Positions 11,136 through 23,061 of a stretch of DNA of 64,000 nucleotides are shown here, piece by piece. Below the pieces are notes generated by a model. The model saw only the letters and a program-made list of their open reading frames with translations. It was not told where the DNA came from and made no database searches. Made by a program: the position numbers and the translations under genes. Each line of letters begins with the position of its first letter. The first letter of the stretch is position 1. Location of the stretch: contig CM059438.1 of assembly GCA_030390025.1 (NCBI GenBank), positions 58,778,001 to 58,842,000 of the forward strand, given 5' to 3'. The stretch comes from Squalus acanthias. Lineage: Eukaryota.

Positions 11136-11633
11136 AGTAAAACCATCACCAATCTCCCATCTCCATCCCCCTGTGGGCAGAGTAAAACCATCACCAACCT
11201 CCCATCTCCATCCCCCTGTGGGCAGAGTAAAACCATCACCAACCTCCCATCTCCATCCCCCTGTGGGCAGAGTAAAACCATCACCAATCTCCCATCTCCA
11301 TCCCCCTGTGGGCAGAGAGTAAAACCATCACCAACCTCCCATCTCCATCCCCCTGTGGGCAGAGTAAAGCCAGCACCAACCTCCCATCTCCATCCCCCTG
11401 TGGGCAGAGTAAAGCCAGCACCAATCTCCCATCTCCATCCCCCTGTGGGCAGAGTAAAGCCATCACCAATCTCCCATCTCCATCCCCCTGTGGGCAGAGT
11501 AAAACCATCACCAACCACCCATCTCCATCCCCCTGTGGGCAGAGTAAAACCATCACCAACCACCCATCTCCATCCCCCTGTGGGCAGAGTAAAGCCAGCA
11601 CCAACCACCCATCTCCATCCCCCTGCTGGCAGA
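11136..11633. repeat. 45-bp minisatellite (~11 copies)
   Basis: Unit gagtaaaaccatcaccaacctcccatctccatccccctgtgggca. Confidence 0.95.
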
Positions 11634-11760
11634 GGCCAATCATTTTTCTAGCATGGAGCAGGGAGGATGAAGTTAGACTGCGTCCCAGCATCACCTGGGG
11701 GAGAAGTCCGAGGGACTTGAGGGGAGCTGTCAATGAAACAAGGGATGAGATGGTACATAC

Positions 11761-11846
11761 CAAACTGATGAGCTGCTCCAGTATGTCACAGGTCAGTGGC
11801 AGAATCCAGATCAAGGCGTTCACACACTGAGAGCAGGCACTGAGAT
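11761..11846 (-). CDS. Exon E of TTC28-like CHAT-domain gene
   Basis: Acceptor tgtgttggtttcAG, donor ttg|GTatgt; 86 nt (phase 1 in, phase 0 out). Encodes (D)LSACSQCVNALIWILPLTCDILEQLISL and bridges the phases of exons D and F. Confidence 0.8.
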
Positions 11847-11964
11847 CTGAAACCAACACAAACACACACTCAGGATGAAGAAGGCCTGTCGGTCATTTGA
11901 TCTCATCATTCCAGAATACCGACCCCACCCTTCCCGATTACCGCTGCTTGGCCACGCTAGCTGC

Positions 11965-12130
11965 ACAGACCGGGCCTCGGTTTAATGTCTCACCTGAAAG
12001 ACGGCACCTCCAACAATGCAGCACTCCCTTGGTAGTGCACGGGACTGTCAGCCGAGGTTACGTGCTCAAGTCCGGGAGTGGGGCTTAGAATCTATAACCG
12101 TTGAACTGAATGGGAAGTGAGCAAGCCGAC
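11965..12130 (-). mobile_element. Deu-domain SINE 5' part (SacSINE1-like)
   Basis: Minus strand ccactcccggacttgagcac...gggagtgctgcattgttggaggtgccgtctttcaggtgagacattaaaccgaggccc. Confidence 0.75.
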
Positions 12131-12295
12131 AGCTCCAAACAGTGTACAACAGAGACCTGAGCACTCAGCAGGAGAATCCTTACACTGAAAAATCAATCAA
12201 GGGACATTTTCATTCTTTCTATAGTTTCTTTATTTGTCCCATTACCACCCCCTTTTGCCTTGTATCATCAAGCGTTTTGTCATTTAATCTCTCCT

Positions 12296-12683
12296 GCCTT
12301 CCGTCCTATCACAGGCCTTCCATCCTATCACAGGCCTTCCGTCCTATCACAGGCCTTCCGTCCTATCACAGGCCTTCCGTCCTATCACAGACCTTCCGTC
12401 CTATCACAGACCTTCCGTCCTATCACAGACCTTCCGTCCTATCACAGGCCTTCCGTCCTATCACAGACCTTCCGTCCTATCACAGACCTTCCGTCCTATC
12501 ACAGACCTTCCGTCCTATCACAGGCCTTCCGTCCTATCACAGGCCTTCCGTCCTATCACAGACCTTCCGTCCTATCACAGACCTTCCGTCCTATCACAGA
12601 CCTTCCGTCCTATCACAGACCTTCCGTCCTATCACAGACTTTCCATCCTATCACAGACCTTCCATCCTATCACAGACCTTCCC
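12296..12683. repeat. 19-bp minisatellite (~20 copies)
   Basis: Unit (g/a)ccttccgtcctatcacag. Confidence 0.95.
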
Positions 12684-12783
12684 ATCTGTTCTTTCCTCCA
12701 CCTCCCCCCAACCCCACACAGCCCCACCCCATTTTCCCTTGCTCCATATTGGCTTAAAATCTGTTCCATCTCTAACATCTTCC

Positions 12784-12820
12784 AGTTCTGATGAAAGGTC
12801 ATTGGCCTGAAATGTTAACT
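12784..12820 (+). ncRNA. Second minimal hammerhead ribozyme motif (Penelope terminal repeat)
   Basis: AGTT-CTGATGA-AAGGTC-ATT-GGCCT-GAAA-TG-TT-AACT. Confidence 0.7.
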
Positions 12821-13311
12821 CTGTTTCTCTCTCCACAGATGCTGCCTGACCTGCTGAGTGTTTCCAGCATTTTCTGTTTTTCTTTCATTCTTTCTTCGAC
12901 TATTTTGATCACTGCAACACCCTGTGATACTCCACATTTTTCTAGCGGAATTTGTTTTCACCAGTCTCCTCCCCTCTCCAGAAGATGCTGCCTCAGGCTG
13001 GGGGATGGTACCATGGGTACCGCCTGCCACTGCTAGCCTAGCCCAGAGCCCATTTGCCCTTGTGCCAGTAAACAGTAAGTGGTGATGGGCTATCTGACCA
13101 CAGGACCATCAAAGCTGAGCCCAATCCTATCGTCACCCAACATCCCACACATAGAAACTCTCCAGGGTTGACTGGATACTAATCAGCAGCACCAAGTATT
13201 GGTTTATTATCCCCTCCCTAGCCTAGGGGCGCAGAGAACAATCATACACTGCAACGCCAGAGATCGCAAACTCAGCACAGGTAAGGAAATAAAGCTGGGA
13301 TCTTCCTCTGT

Positions 13312-14460
13312 ATGATAGAGGGTAAAGTGAGGGTATCGGTGGGTGATAGAGGGTAGAGTGACAGTATTGGTGGGTGATAGAGGGTAGAGTGACAGTATTG
13401 AAGGGTGACAGAGGGTAGAGTGACAGTATTGGTGGGTGACAGAGGGTAGAGTGACAGTATTGGTGGGTGACAGAGGGTAGAGTGACAGTATTGGTGGGTG
13501 ATAGAGGGTAGAGTGACAGTATTGAAGGGTGATAGAGGGTAGAGTGACAGTATCAGTGGGTGATAGAGGGTAGAGTGACAGTATTGAAGGGTGATAGAGG
13601 GTAGAGTGACAGTATTGATGGGTGACAGAGGGTAGAGTGACAGTATTGATGGGTGACAGAGGGTAGAGTGACAGTATCAGTGGGTGATAGAGGGTAGAGT
13701 GACAGTATTGAAGGGTGATAGAGGGTAGAGTGACAGTATCAGTGGGTGATAGAGGGTAGAGTGACAGTATTGGTGGGTGATAGAGGGTAGAGTGACAGTA
13801 TTGGTGGGTGATAGAGGGTAGAGTGACAGTATTGGTGGGTGATAGAGGGTAGAGTGACAGTATCAGTGGGTGATAGAGGGTAGAGTGACAGTATTGATGG
13901 GTGATAGAGGGTAGAGTGACAGTATTGGTGGGTGACAGAGGGTAGAGTGACAGTATTGGTGGGTGATAGAGGGTAGAGTGAGGGTATTGGTGGGTGAGAG
14001 GGTAGAGGCAGGGTATCGGTGGGTGAGAGGGTAGAGGCAGGGTATCGGTGGGTGAGAGGGTAGAGGCAGGGTATGGGGGGGGTGAGAGGGTAGAGGCAGG
14101 GTATGGGGGCGAGAGGGTAGAGGCAGGGTATCGGTGGGTGAGAGGGTAGAGGCAGGGTATCGGTGGGTGAGAGGGTAGAGGCAGGGTATGGGGGGTGAGA
14201 GGGTAGAGGCAGGGTATCGGTGGGTGAGAGGGTAGAGGCAGGGTATCGGTGGGTGAGAGGGTAGAGGCAGGGTATCGGTGGGTGAGAGGGTAGAGGCAGG
14301 GTATGGGGGTGAGAGGGTAGAGGCAGGGTATCGGTGGGTGAGAGGGTAGAGGCAGGGTATCGGTGGGTGAGAGGGTAGAGGCAGGGTATGGGGGGTGAGA
14401 GGGTAGAGGCAGGGTATCGGTGGGTGAGAGGGTAGAGGCAGGGTATGGGGGGGGTGACAG
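13312..14460. repeat. G-rich compound minisatellite: 31-bp units grading into 29-bp units
   Basis: gggtgatagagggtagagtgacagtattggt to about 13990, then gggtgagagggtagaggcagggtatcggt. Confidence 0.95.
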
Positions 14461-14534
14461 ATTGGACTCGGTATGGGTAAGACGCGCACAGATCGGATTG
14501 GCTAAGTGTTTAGTATAAACAATATGCTGCTGAC

Positions 14535-14813
14535 CAATAAGTGCGGCAATGGCTTGTTGTGCGACGCCGAGCAGTCTGTCCGGATTCCAGTGCGGGAAGA
14601 TAACAGCCACTGGGTGGGCCTGGGAACTGGGGAGTGTAGAACAATGTGAGACATCGCCCATTGCCACTTGTTCGCTTGCCAGCTGGAAGGTCCTGTCTCC
14701 TATTTTGGGTGGGTGAGCTGCCAGAGGCTGGAAGCGAAATCCCAGTAAATTAAGCATGGAGGATACTCCTGGGATGCCGATTATATTTGCAGTCAACTTT
14801 ACCGTGACATGGT
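14535..14813 (-). CDS. Exon D of TTC28-like CHAT-domain gene (first PUB-like module)
   Basis: Acceptor ctctgtttctcaacAG, donor ttg|GTcagc; 279 nt (phase 1 in and out). Encodes (D)HVTVKLTANIIGIPGVSSMLNLLGFRFQP...VAVIFPHWNPDRLLGVAQQAIAALI, comparable to TTC28 GGIPGWQALLTAVGFRLDP...AAVFFP (from memory). Confidence 0.85.
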
Positions 14814-14880
14814 CTGTTGAGAAACAGAGAGATTATCAGAATGAGAAGCTGCCAGTCAGATCAACCCTTGCTACACAGGG

Positions 14881-17800
14881 ACTGCCACTCGCTCACTGCC
14901 ACTCGCTCACTGCCACTCGCTCACTGCCACTCGCTCACTGCCACTCGCACACTGCCCCTCGCACACTGCCACTCGCTCACTGCCACTCGCTCACTGCCAC
15001 TCGCTCACTGCCACGTGCACACTGCCCCTCGCTCACTGCCACTCGCTCACTGCCACTCGCACACTGCCCCTCGCACACTGCCACTCGCTCACTGCCCCTC
15101 GCTCACTGCCACTCGCACACTGCCCCTCGCACACTGCCACTCGCTCACTGCCACTCGCTCACTGCCACTTGCACACTGCCACTCGCTCACTGCCACTCGC
15201 ACACTGCCACTCGCACACTGCCACTCGCCGCCATTCACCCACTGCCACCCACCCACTACCACTCGCTCACTGCCACTCGCTCACTGCCCCTCGCACACTG
15301 CCACTCGCCGCCACTCGCACACTGCCACTCGCACACTGCCACTCGCCGCCACTCGCTCACTGCCACTCGCTCACTGCCACTCGCTCACTGCCACTCGCAC
15401 ACTGCCACTCGCACACTGCCACTCGCCGCCACTCGCTCACTGCCACTCGCTCACTGCCACTCGCACACTGCCACTCGCTGCCACTCGCTCACTGCCACTC
15501 GCTCACTGCCACTCGCTCACTGCCATTCGCACACTGCCACTCGCACACTGCCACTCGCCGCCACTCGCTCACTGCCACTCGCACACTGCCACTCGCCGCC
15601 ACTCGCTCACTGCCACTCGCTCACTGCCACTCGCACACTGCCACTCGCACACTGCCACTCGCCGCCACTCGCTCACTGCCACTCGCTCACTGCCACTCGC
15701 TCACTGCCACTCGCACACTGCCACTCGCCGCCACTCGCTCACTGCCACTCGTTCACTGCCACTCGCTCACTGCCACTCGCTCACTGCCACTCGCTCACTG
15801 CCACTCGCACATTGCCACTCGCAGACTGCCACTCGCTCACTGCCACTCGCTCACTGCCACTCGCTCACTGCCCCTCGCACACTGCCCCTCGCTCACTGCC
15901 ACTCGCACACTGCCACTCGCACACTGCCACTCGCTCACTGCCCCTCGCACACTGCCCCTCGCTCACTGCCACCCACCCACTGCCACCCACCCACTGCCAC
16001 TCGTTCACTGCTACTCGCTCACTGCCACTCGCTCACTGCCGTTCACCCACTGCCACCCACCCACTGCCACTCGCTTACTGCACACTGCCACTCGCTTACT
16101 GCCACTCGCTCACTGCCACTCGCTCACTGCCCCTCACTCACTGCCACTCGCACACTGCCACTCGCTCACTGCCACTCGCTCACTGCCACTCGCTCACTGC
16201 CCCTCGCACACTGCCCCTCGCTCACTGCCACCCACCCACTGCCACCCACCCACTGCCACTTGTTCACTGCTACTCGCTCACTGCCACTCGCTCACTGCCA
16301 CTCGCTTACTGCCACTCGCTCACTGCCACTCGCTCACTGCCCCTCGCTCACTGCCACTCGCACACTGCCACTCGCTCACTGCCACTCGCACTGCCACTCG
16401 CTCACTGCCACTCGCTCACTGCCACTCGCTCACTGCCCCTCGCACACTGCCCCTCGCTCACTGCCGTTCACCCACTGCCACCCACCCACTGCCACTCGTT
16501 CACTGCCACTCGTTCACTGCCACTCGCTCACTGCCACTCGCTCACTGCCCCTCGCTCACTGCCGTTCACCCACTGCCACCCACCGCCACTCGTTCACTGC
16601 CACTCGCACACTGCCACTCGCTCACTGCCACTCGCTCACTGCCACTCGCTCACTGCCACTCGCACACTGCCACTCGCACACTGCCACTCGCACACTGCCA
16701 CTCGCTCACTGCCGTTCACACACTGCCACTCGCACACTGCCACTCGCACACTGCCACTCGCTCACTGCCACTCGCACACTGCCACTCGCACACTGCCACT
16801 CGCACACTGCCACTCGCCCACTGCCACTCGCTCACTGCCACTCGCTCACTGCCACTCGCACACTGCCACTCGCCGCCACTCGCTCACTGCCACTCGTTCA
16901 CTGCCACTCGCTCACTGCCACTCGCTCACTGCCACTCGCACATTGCCACTCGCAGACTGCCACTCGCTCACTGCCACTCGCTCACTGCCCCTCGCTCACT
17001 GCCACTCGCACATTGCCACTCGCACATTGCCACTCGCACACTGCCACTCGCTCACTGCCACTCGCTCACTGCCCCTCGCACACTGCCCCTCGCTCACTGC
17101 CACCCACCCACTGCCACCCACCCACTGCCCTCGTTCACTGCTACTCGCTCACTGCCACTCGCTCACTGCCGTTCACCCACTGCCACCCACCCACCGCCAC
17201 TCGCTCACTGCCGTTCACCCACTGCCACCCACCCACTGCCACTCGTTCAATGCCACTCGTTCACTGCCACTCGCTCACTCCCACTCGCTCACTGCCCCTC
17301 GCTCACTGCCGTTCACCCACTGCCACCCACCCACTGCCACTCGTTCACTGCCACTCGCTCACTGCCACTCGCTCACTGCCCCTCGCTCACTGCCCCTCGC
17401 TCACTGCCCCTCGTTCACTGCCGTTCACCCACTGCCACCCACCGCCACTCGTTCACTGCCACTCGCTCACTGCCACTCGCTCACTGCCACTCGCTCACTG
17501 CCACTCGCACACTGCCACTCGCTCACTGCCACTCGCACACTGCCACTCGCACACTGCCACTCGCACACTGCCACTCGCTCACTGCCACTCGCTCACTGCC
17601 ACTCGCACACTGCCACTCGCCCACTGCCACTCGCCCACTGCCACCCGCCCACTGCCACCCGCCCACTGCCACTCGCTCACTGCCACTCGCTCACTGCCGT
17701 TCACCCACTGCCACCCACCCACTGTCACTCGTTCACTGCCACTCGCTCACCGCCACTCGCACACTGCCACTCGCTCACTGCCACTCGCACACTGCCACTC

Positions 17801-19529
17801 GCTCACTGCCGTTCACACACTGCCACTCGCACACTGCCACTCGCACACTGCCACTCGCACACTGCCACTCGCACACTGCCACTCGCTCACTGCCACTCGC
17901 ACACTGCCACTCGCTCACTGCCACTCGCACACTGCCACTCACTCACTGCCACTCGCACACTGCCACTCGCCCACTGCCACTCGCCCACTGCCACCCGCTC
18001 ACTGCCACTTGCACACTGCCCCTCGCTCACTGCCACTCGCCCACTGCCACTCGCACACTGCCACTCGCTCACTGCCACTCGCACACTGCCACTCGCTCAC
18101 TGCCACTCGCACACTGCCACTCACTCACTGCCACTCGCACACTGCCACTCGCACACTGCCACTCGCTCACTGCCGTTCACACACTACCGTTCACCCACTG
18201 CCACCCACCCACTGCCACTCGTTCACTGCCACTCGCTCACCGCCACTCGCTCACTGCCACTCGCTCACTGCCACTCGCCCACTGCCACCCGCACGCTGTC
18301 ACTCGCTCGCTGCCACTCGCACGCTGTCACTCGCACACTGTCACTCGCTCACTGCCACTCGCTCAGTGCCACTCGCTCACTGCCACTCGCTCACTGCCAC
18401 TCGCTCACTGCCACTCGCACACTGTCACTCGCTCACTGCCACTCGCACACTGTCACTCGCTCACTGTCACTCGCACACTGTCACTCGCTCACTGCCACTC
18501 GCACACTGTCACTCGCACACTGTCACTCGCTCACTGCCACTCGCTCACTGCCACTCGCTCACTGCCACTCGCATACTGTCACTCGCATACTGTCACTCGC
18601 ATACTGTCACTCGCTCACTGCCACTCGCACACTGTCACTCGCTCACTGCCACTCGCACACTGCCACTCGCTCACTGCCACTCGCTCACTGCCACTCGCAC
18701 ACTGCCACTCGCTCACTGCCACTCGCATACTGTCACTCGCTCACTGCCACTCGCTCACTGCCACTCGCTCACTGCCACTCGCTCACTGCCACTCGCACAC
18801 TGCCACTCGCTCACTGCCACTCGCACACTGCCCCTCGCACACTGCCACTCGCTCACTGCCACTCGCTCACTGCCACTCGCTCACTGCCACTCGCTCACTG
18901 CCGTTCACCCACTGCCACTCGCTCACTGCCGTTCACCCACTGCCACTCGCACACTGCCACTCGCTCACTGCCACTCGCTCACTGCCACTCGCTCACTGCC
19001 GTTCACCCACTGCCACTCGCACACTGCCACTCGCACACTGCCACTCGCTCACTGCCACTCGCACACTGCCACTCGCACACTGTCACTCGCTCACTGCCAC
19101 TCGCTCACTGCCACTCGCTCACTGCCACTCGCTCACTGCCACTCGCTCACTGCCGTTCACCCACTGCCACTCGCACACTGCCACTCGCACACTGCCACTC
19201 GCACACTGCCACTCGCACACTGCCACTCGCACACTGTCACTCGCTCACTGCCACTCGCTCACTGCCACTCGCACACTGCCACTCGCACACTGTCACTCGC
19301 TCACTGCCTCTCGCACACTGCCACTCGCTCACTTCCACTCGCACACTGTCACTCGCTCACTGCCGTTCACACACTGCCACTCGCTCACTGCCATTCGCAC
19401 ACTGCCACTCGCTCACTGCCACTTGCACACTGTCACTCGCTCACTGCCACTCGCACACTGCCACTCGCTCACTGCCGTTCACACACTGCCACTCGCTCAC
19501 TGCCACTCGCACACTGCCACTCGCTCACT
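14881..19529. repeat. 14-bp satellite (~4.65 kb, ~330 copies)
   Basis: Unit actgccactcgc(t/a)c with variants; 14-aa periodicity in all three + frames. Confidence 0.97.
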
Positions 19530-19655
19530 TATTCAACAGGGTAATGAATGATTACTCACTGTGTAACTGTGTAGGTAGCTGTTTATTCAGCTGGGTAAGG
19601 GTTACTCACTGTGTAACTGTACGGAGTTCCTGTTTATTCAGCAAGGTAAGGGTTT
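19529..19655. repeat. Short degenerate tandem duplication (~52 bp, ~2.5 copies)
   Basis: ttattca..gggtaa..gttactcactgtgtaactgt repeated. Confidence 0.7.
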
Positions 19656-19766
19656 AATAGCAAGTCCGCTCTCCAGCTCACTGATACCAAAGGAAGAGGT
19701 TGAGGGTTTGTGATTTGAAATACAGCTGTCTTCTAACCCCAGAGTGTCCTTCCAACATGTGCCTAC

Positions 19767-19910
19767 CTGTGTTGTTGTGAGACAGCCGCTTGATTGCTTC
19801 TTTCATCAGTAGATGGAGCAGTTTCAGCACTGCTGACATGGAGCCGTGATTCAGAATGAGTTCTTCAAGACTCTTCTGTATCTTTAACAGAAGGGCTTCC
19901 TGATCTGCAA
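19767..19910 (-). CDS. Exon C of TTC28-like CHAT-domain gene
   Basis: Acceptor ccgctgtttcAG, donor cag|GTaggc; 144 nt (phase 1 in and out). Encodes (V)ADQEALLLKIQKSLEELILNHGSMSAVLKLLHLLMKEAIKRLSHNNT, an amphipathic helical segment resembling the TTC28 post-CHAT region (ALRVLLHLVEKSLQRI, from memory). Confidence 0.85.
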
Positions 19911-20427
19911 CTGAAACAGCGGAGACCCCGTTACATCTGGGACTGTGGAACAAGGGCTGCACTCAGGCCCTCTGAAATTGTACATTATCAGACTGACACA
20001 ACAGGGTAACTTTACATAATCATTCTCCGGCCAGTGAGCCTCTCACTGGGGGAGCGATGTTGTAAATGACCCGGTAGATATCAGACTGACACTAGGAATC
20101 ATTCCGCAATTCATCCCTGTCCAATTTCCAGCAGCATAATTTCCAGCACATAAAATAGAAAAGGCTGGAGTAAGGTCCCACAGTAGCCTGGTGGGCAAAG
20201 TCACTGCCGGGGGGTCCTGACCCACACAGACAGAATAATCCAGGTTTGAAGTACGGTACTGAGTTATGAGAACCAGCCAGTATGCCTGCTCCTGATCACT
20301 GCCTGGAGACCTAGGCTGAACCTCTGCAAGCGTGGACAATTTTCGAGTAGGGAGCGGCCACACCCATTGCCGGTGCTTCTCGGAAGATTCCAGGAATGCA
20401 ATATACGCATTGTGTACTTTTGTGATA

Positions 20428-21356
20428 CGTGCTGGTCGAGTGTGTAGTCTCAGTGCGTACTGCATATGTACAGGTCGAGTGTGTTGTCTCACTGTGTACC
20501 GTTTATGTACAGGTCGAGTGTGTAGTCTCAGTGCGTACTGTTTATGTACAGGTCGAGTGTGTTGTCTCAGTGTGTACCGTTTATGTACAGGTCGAGTGTG
20601 TAGTCTCAGTGTGTACTGTTTATGTACAGGTCAAGTGTGTAGTCTCAGTGCGTACCGTTTATGTACAGGTCGAGTGTGTAGTCTCAGTGTGTACCGTTTA
20701 TGTACAGGTCGAGTGTGTAGTCTCACTGTGTACCGTTTATGTACAGGTCGAGTGTGTAGTCTCAGTGCGTACCGTTTATGTACAGGTCGAGTGTGTTGTC
20801 TCACTGTGTACCGTTTATGTACAGGTCAAGTGTGTAGTCTCAGTGTGTACTGTTTATGTACAGGTCAAGTGTGTAGTCTCAGTGCGTACCGTTTATGTAC
20901 AGGTCGAGTGTGTAGTTTCACTGTGTACCGTTTATGTACAGGTCGAGTGTGTAGTCTCAGTGCGTACCGTTTATGTACAGGTCGAGTGTGTAGTCTCACT
21001 GTGTACCGTTTATGTACAGTTCGAGTGTGTAGTCTCAGTGCGTACCGTTTATGTACAGGTCGAGTGTGTATTCTCACTGTGTACTGTGTATATACAGGTT
21101 GAGTGTGTAGTCTCAGTGCGTACCGTTTATGTACAGGTCGAGTGTGTAGTCTCACTGTGTATAGTTTATGTACAGGTTGAGTGTGTAGTCTCACTGTGTA
21201 CTATTTATGTACAGGTCGAGTGTGTAGTCTCACTGTGTACCATTTATGTACAGGTCGAGTGTGTAGTCTCAGTGTGTACTGTGTATGTACAGGTCGAGTG
21301 TGTAAGTTCAGTGTGTTCTGTGTATGTACAGGTCGAGTGTGTAGTCTCAGTGTATA
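20428..21356. repeat. 39-bp minisatellite, segment 1
   Basis: Unit tacaggtcgagtgtgtagtctcagtgtgtaccgtttatg. Confidence 0.95.
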
Positions 21357-22450
21357 ACATAGAAACATAGAAAAATAGGAGCAGGAGTAGGCCATTCAGC
21401 CCTTCGAGCCTGCTCCACCATTCAATATGGTCATGGCTGATCCTCTATCTCAATACCATATTCCCGCTCTCTCCCCATACCCCTTGACGCCTTTTGCGTC
21501 GAGAAATCTATCTATCTCCTTCTTAAATATATTCAGTAACTTGGTCTCCACAGTGGTAGAGAATTCCACAGGTTCACCACCCTCTGAGTGAAGAAAGTTC
21601 TTCTCATCTCAGTCCTAAATGTCCTACCCCGTATCCTGAGACTGTGACCCCCTCGTTCTAGACCCCCCAGCCAGGGGAAACATCCTCCCTGCATCCAGTC
21701 TGTCTAGCCCTGTCAGAATTTTATACGTTTCAATGAGATCCCCTCTCATTCTTCTAAACTCTAGTGAATACAGGCCTAGTCGACCCAATTTCTCCTCATA
21801 CGACAGTCCTGCCATCCCAGGAATCAGTCTGGTGAACCTTTGCTGCACTCCCTCTATGGCAAATATATCCTTTCTTAGGTAAGGAGACCAAAACTGCACA
21901 CAGTACTCCAGGTGTGGTCTCACCAAGGCCCTGTATAACTGTAGTAAGACATCCTTGCTCCTGTACTCAAATCCTCTTGCAATGAAGGCCAACATACCAT
22001 TTGCCTTCCTAACTGCTTGCTGCACTTGCATGTTTGCTTTCAGTGACTGGTGTACAAGGACACCCAGGTCCCTTTGTACATCAACATTTCCCAATCTATC
22101 ACCATTTAAATAATACTTTGCCTTTCTGTTTTTCCTACTGAAGTGGATAACTTCACATTTATCCACGTTATATTGCATCTGCCATGTATTTGCCCACTCA
22201 CTCAACTTGTCTAATCGCCTTGAAGCCTCTTTGCATCCTCCTCACAACTCCCACCTAGTTTTGTGTTGTCAGCAAACTTGGAAACATTACATTTGGTTCC
22301 CTCATCCAAATCATTGATATATATATTGTGAATAGCTGGGGCCCAAGCACTGATCCCTGCAGTACCACACTAGTCACCGCCTGCCACCTCGAAAAAGACC
22401 CATTTATTCCTACTCTCTGTTTCCTGTCCTGTTAACCAATTTTCAATCCA
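21357..22450 (-). mobile_element. CR1 3' fragment (~1.1 kb), copy 1
   Basis: ORF 21624-22205 is the RT C-terminus; (aacataga)n tail at 21357. Confidence 0.95.
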
Positions 22451-22816
22451 TGTGTACTGTGTATGTGCAGGTCGAGTGTGTAGTCTCAGTGTGTACTGTG
22501 TATGTACAGGTCTAGTGTGTAGTTTCACTGCGTACTGTGTCTGTACAGGTCGACTGTGCAGTCTCAAGGTGTACTGTGTATGTACAGGTCGAGAGTGTAG
22601 TCTCACTGCTGTGTATGTACAGGTCGAGTGTGTAGTCTCAGTGTGTACTGTGTATGTACAGGTCTAGTGTGTAGTTTCACTGCGTACTGTGTATGTACAG
22701 GTCGACTGTGCAGTCTCAAGGTGTACTGTGTATGTACAGGTCGAGTGTGTAGTCTCACTGCTGTGTATGTACAGGTCGAGTGTGTTGTCTCAGTGTGTAC
22801 TGTGTATGTACAGGTC
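22451..22816. repeat. 39-bp minisatellite, segment 2
   Basis: Same unit as 20428-21356. Confidence 0.93.
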
Positions 22817-23061
22817 ACGGAGTGCAGCTTAGAACAGAGTGTTAAGCTGTGAGTTTGGGGAGTGAGGGGAGGGAGGTGTTCATTTCTTTTTCTATCTTTG
22901 TCAGCTTCCAGGATCTGGTAAGTATTTCTACAGTCCAATCGTTAAAGTAAAAGTAAGGTCTCTGGTTTAGAGTAAGTAGTGTTTAAAGGGAAGTAAGGTC
23001 CCGAGTGTATTTAATATTCTTTAATTTAAAGGAAGTAAAGGGAGTAAATTAAGTGTAGCAC

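Larger units (their letters stand above)
12215..12885 (+). mobile_element. Penelope terminal repeat/UTR fragment with internal 19-bp expansion
   Basis: Homologous to the reverse complement of about 8000-8290 (ctccacagatgctgcctgacctgctgagtgtttccagcattttctg). Confidence 0.85.

Noticed and set aside
13207..14796. 529-aa minus-strand ORF as a single gene
   Set aside because: Only the part down to 14535 is exon D; the rest is read-through into the 29/31-bp minisatellite.
14756..19657. Three giant + strand ORFs (1,460-1,633 aa)
   Set aside because: Translations of a stop-free 14-bp satellite, open in all frames, inside an intron of the minus-strand gene.
20332..21395. Cys/Val-rich ORFs (also 27022-27700 and 28644-29125)
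   Set aside because: Translations of the 39-bp minisatellite.
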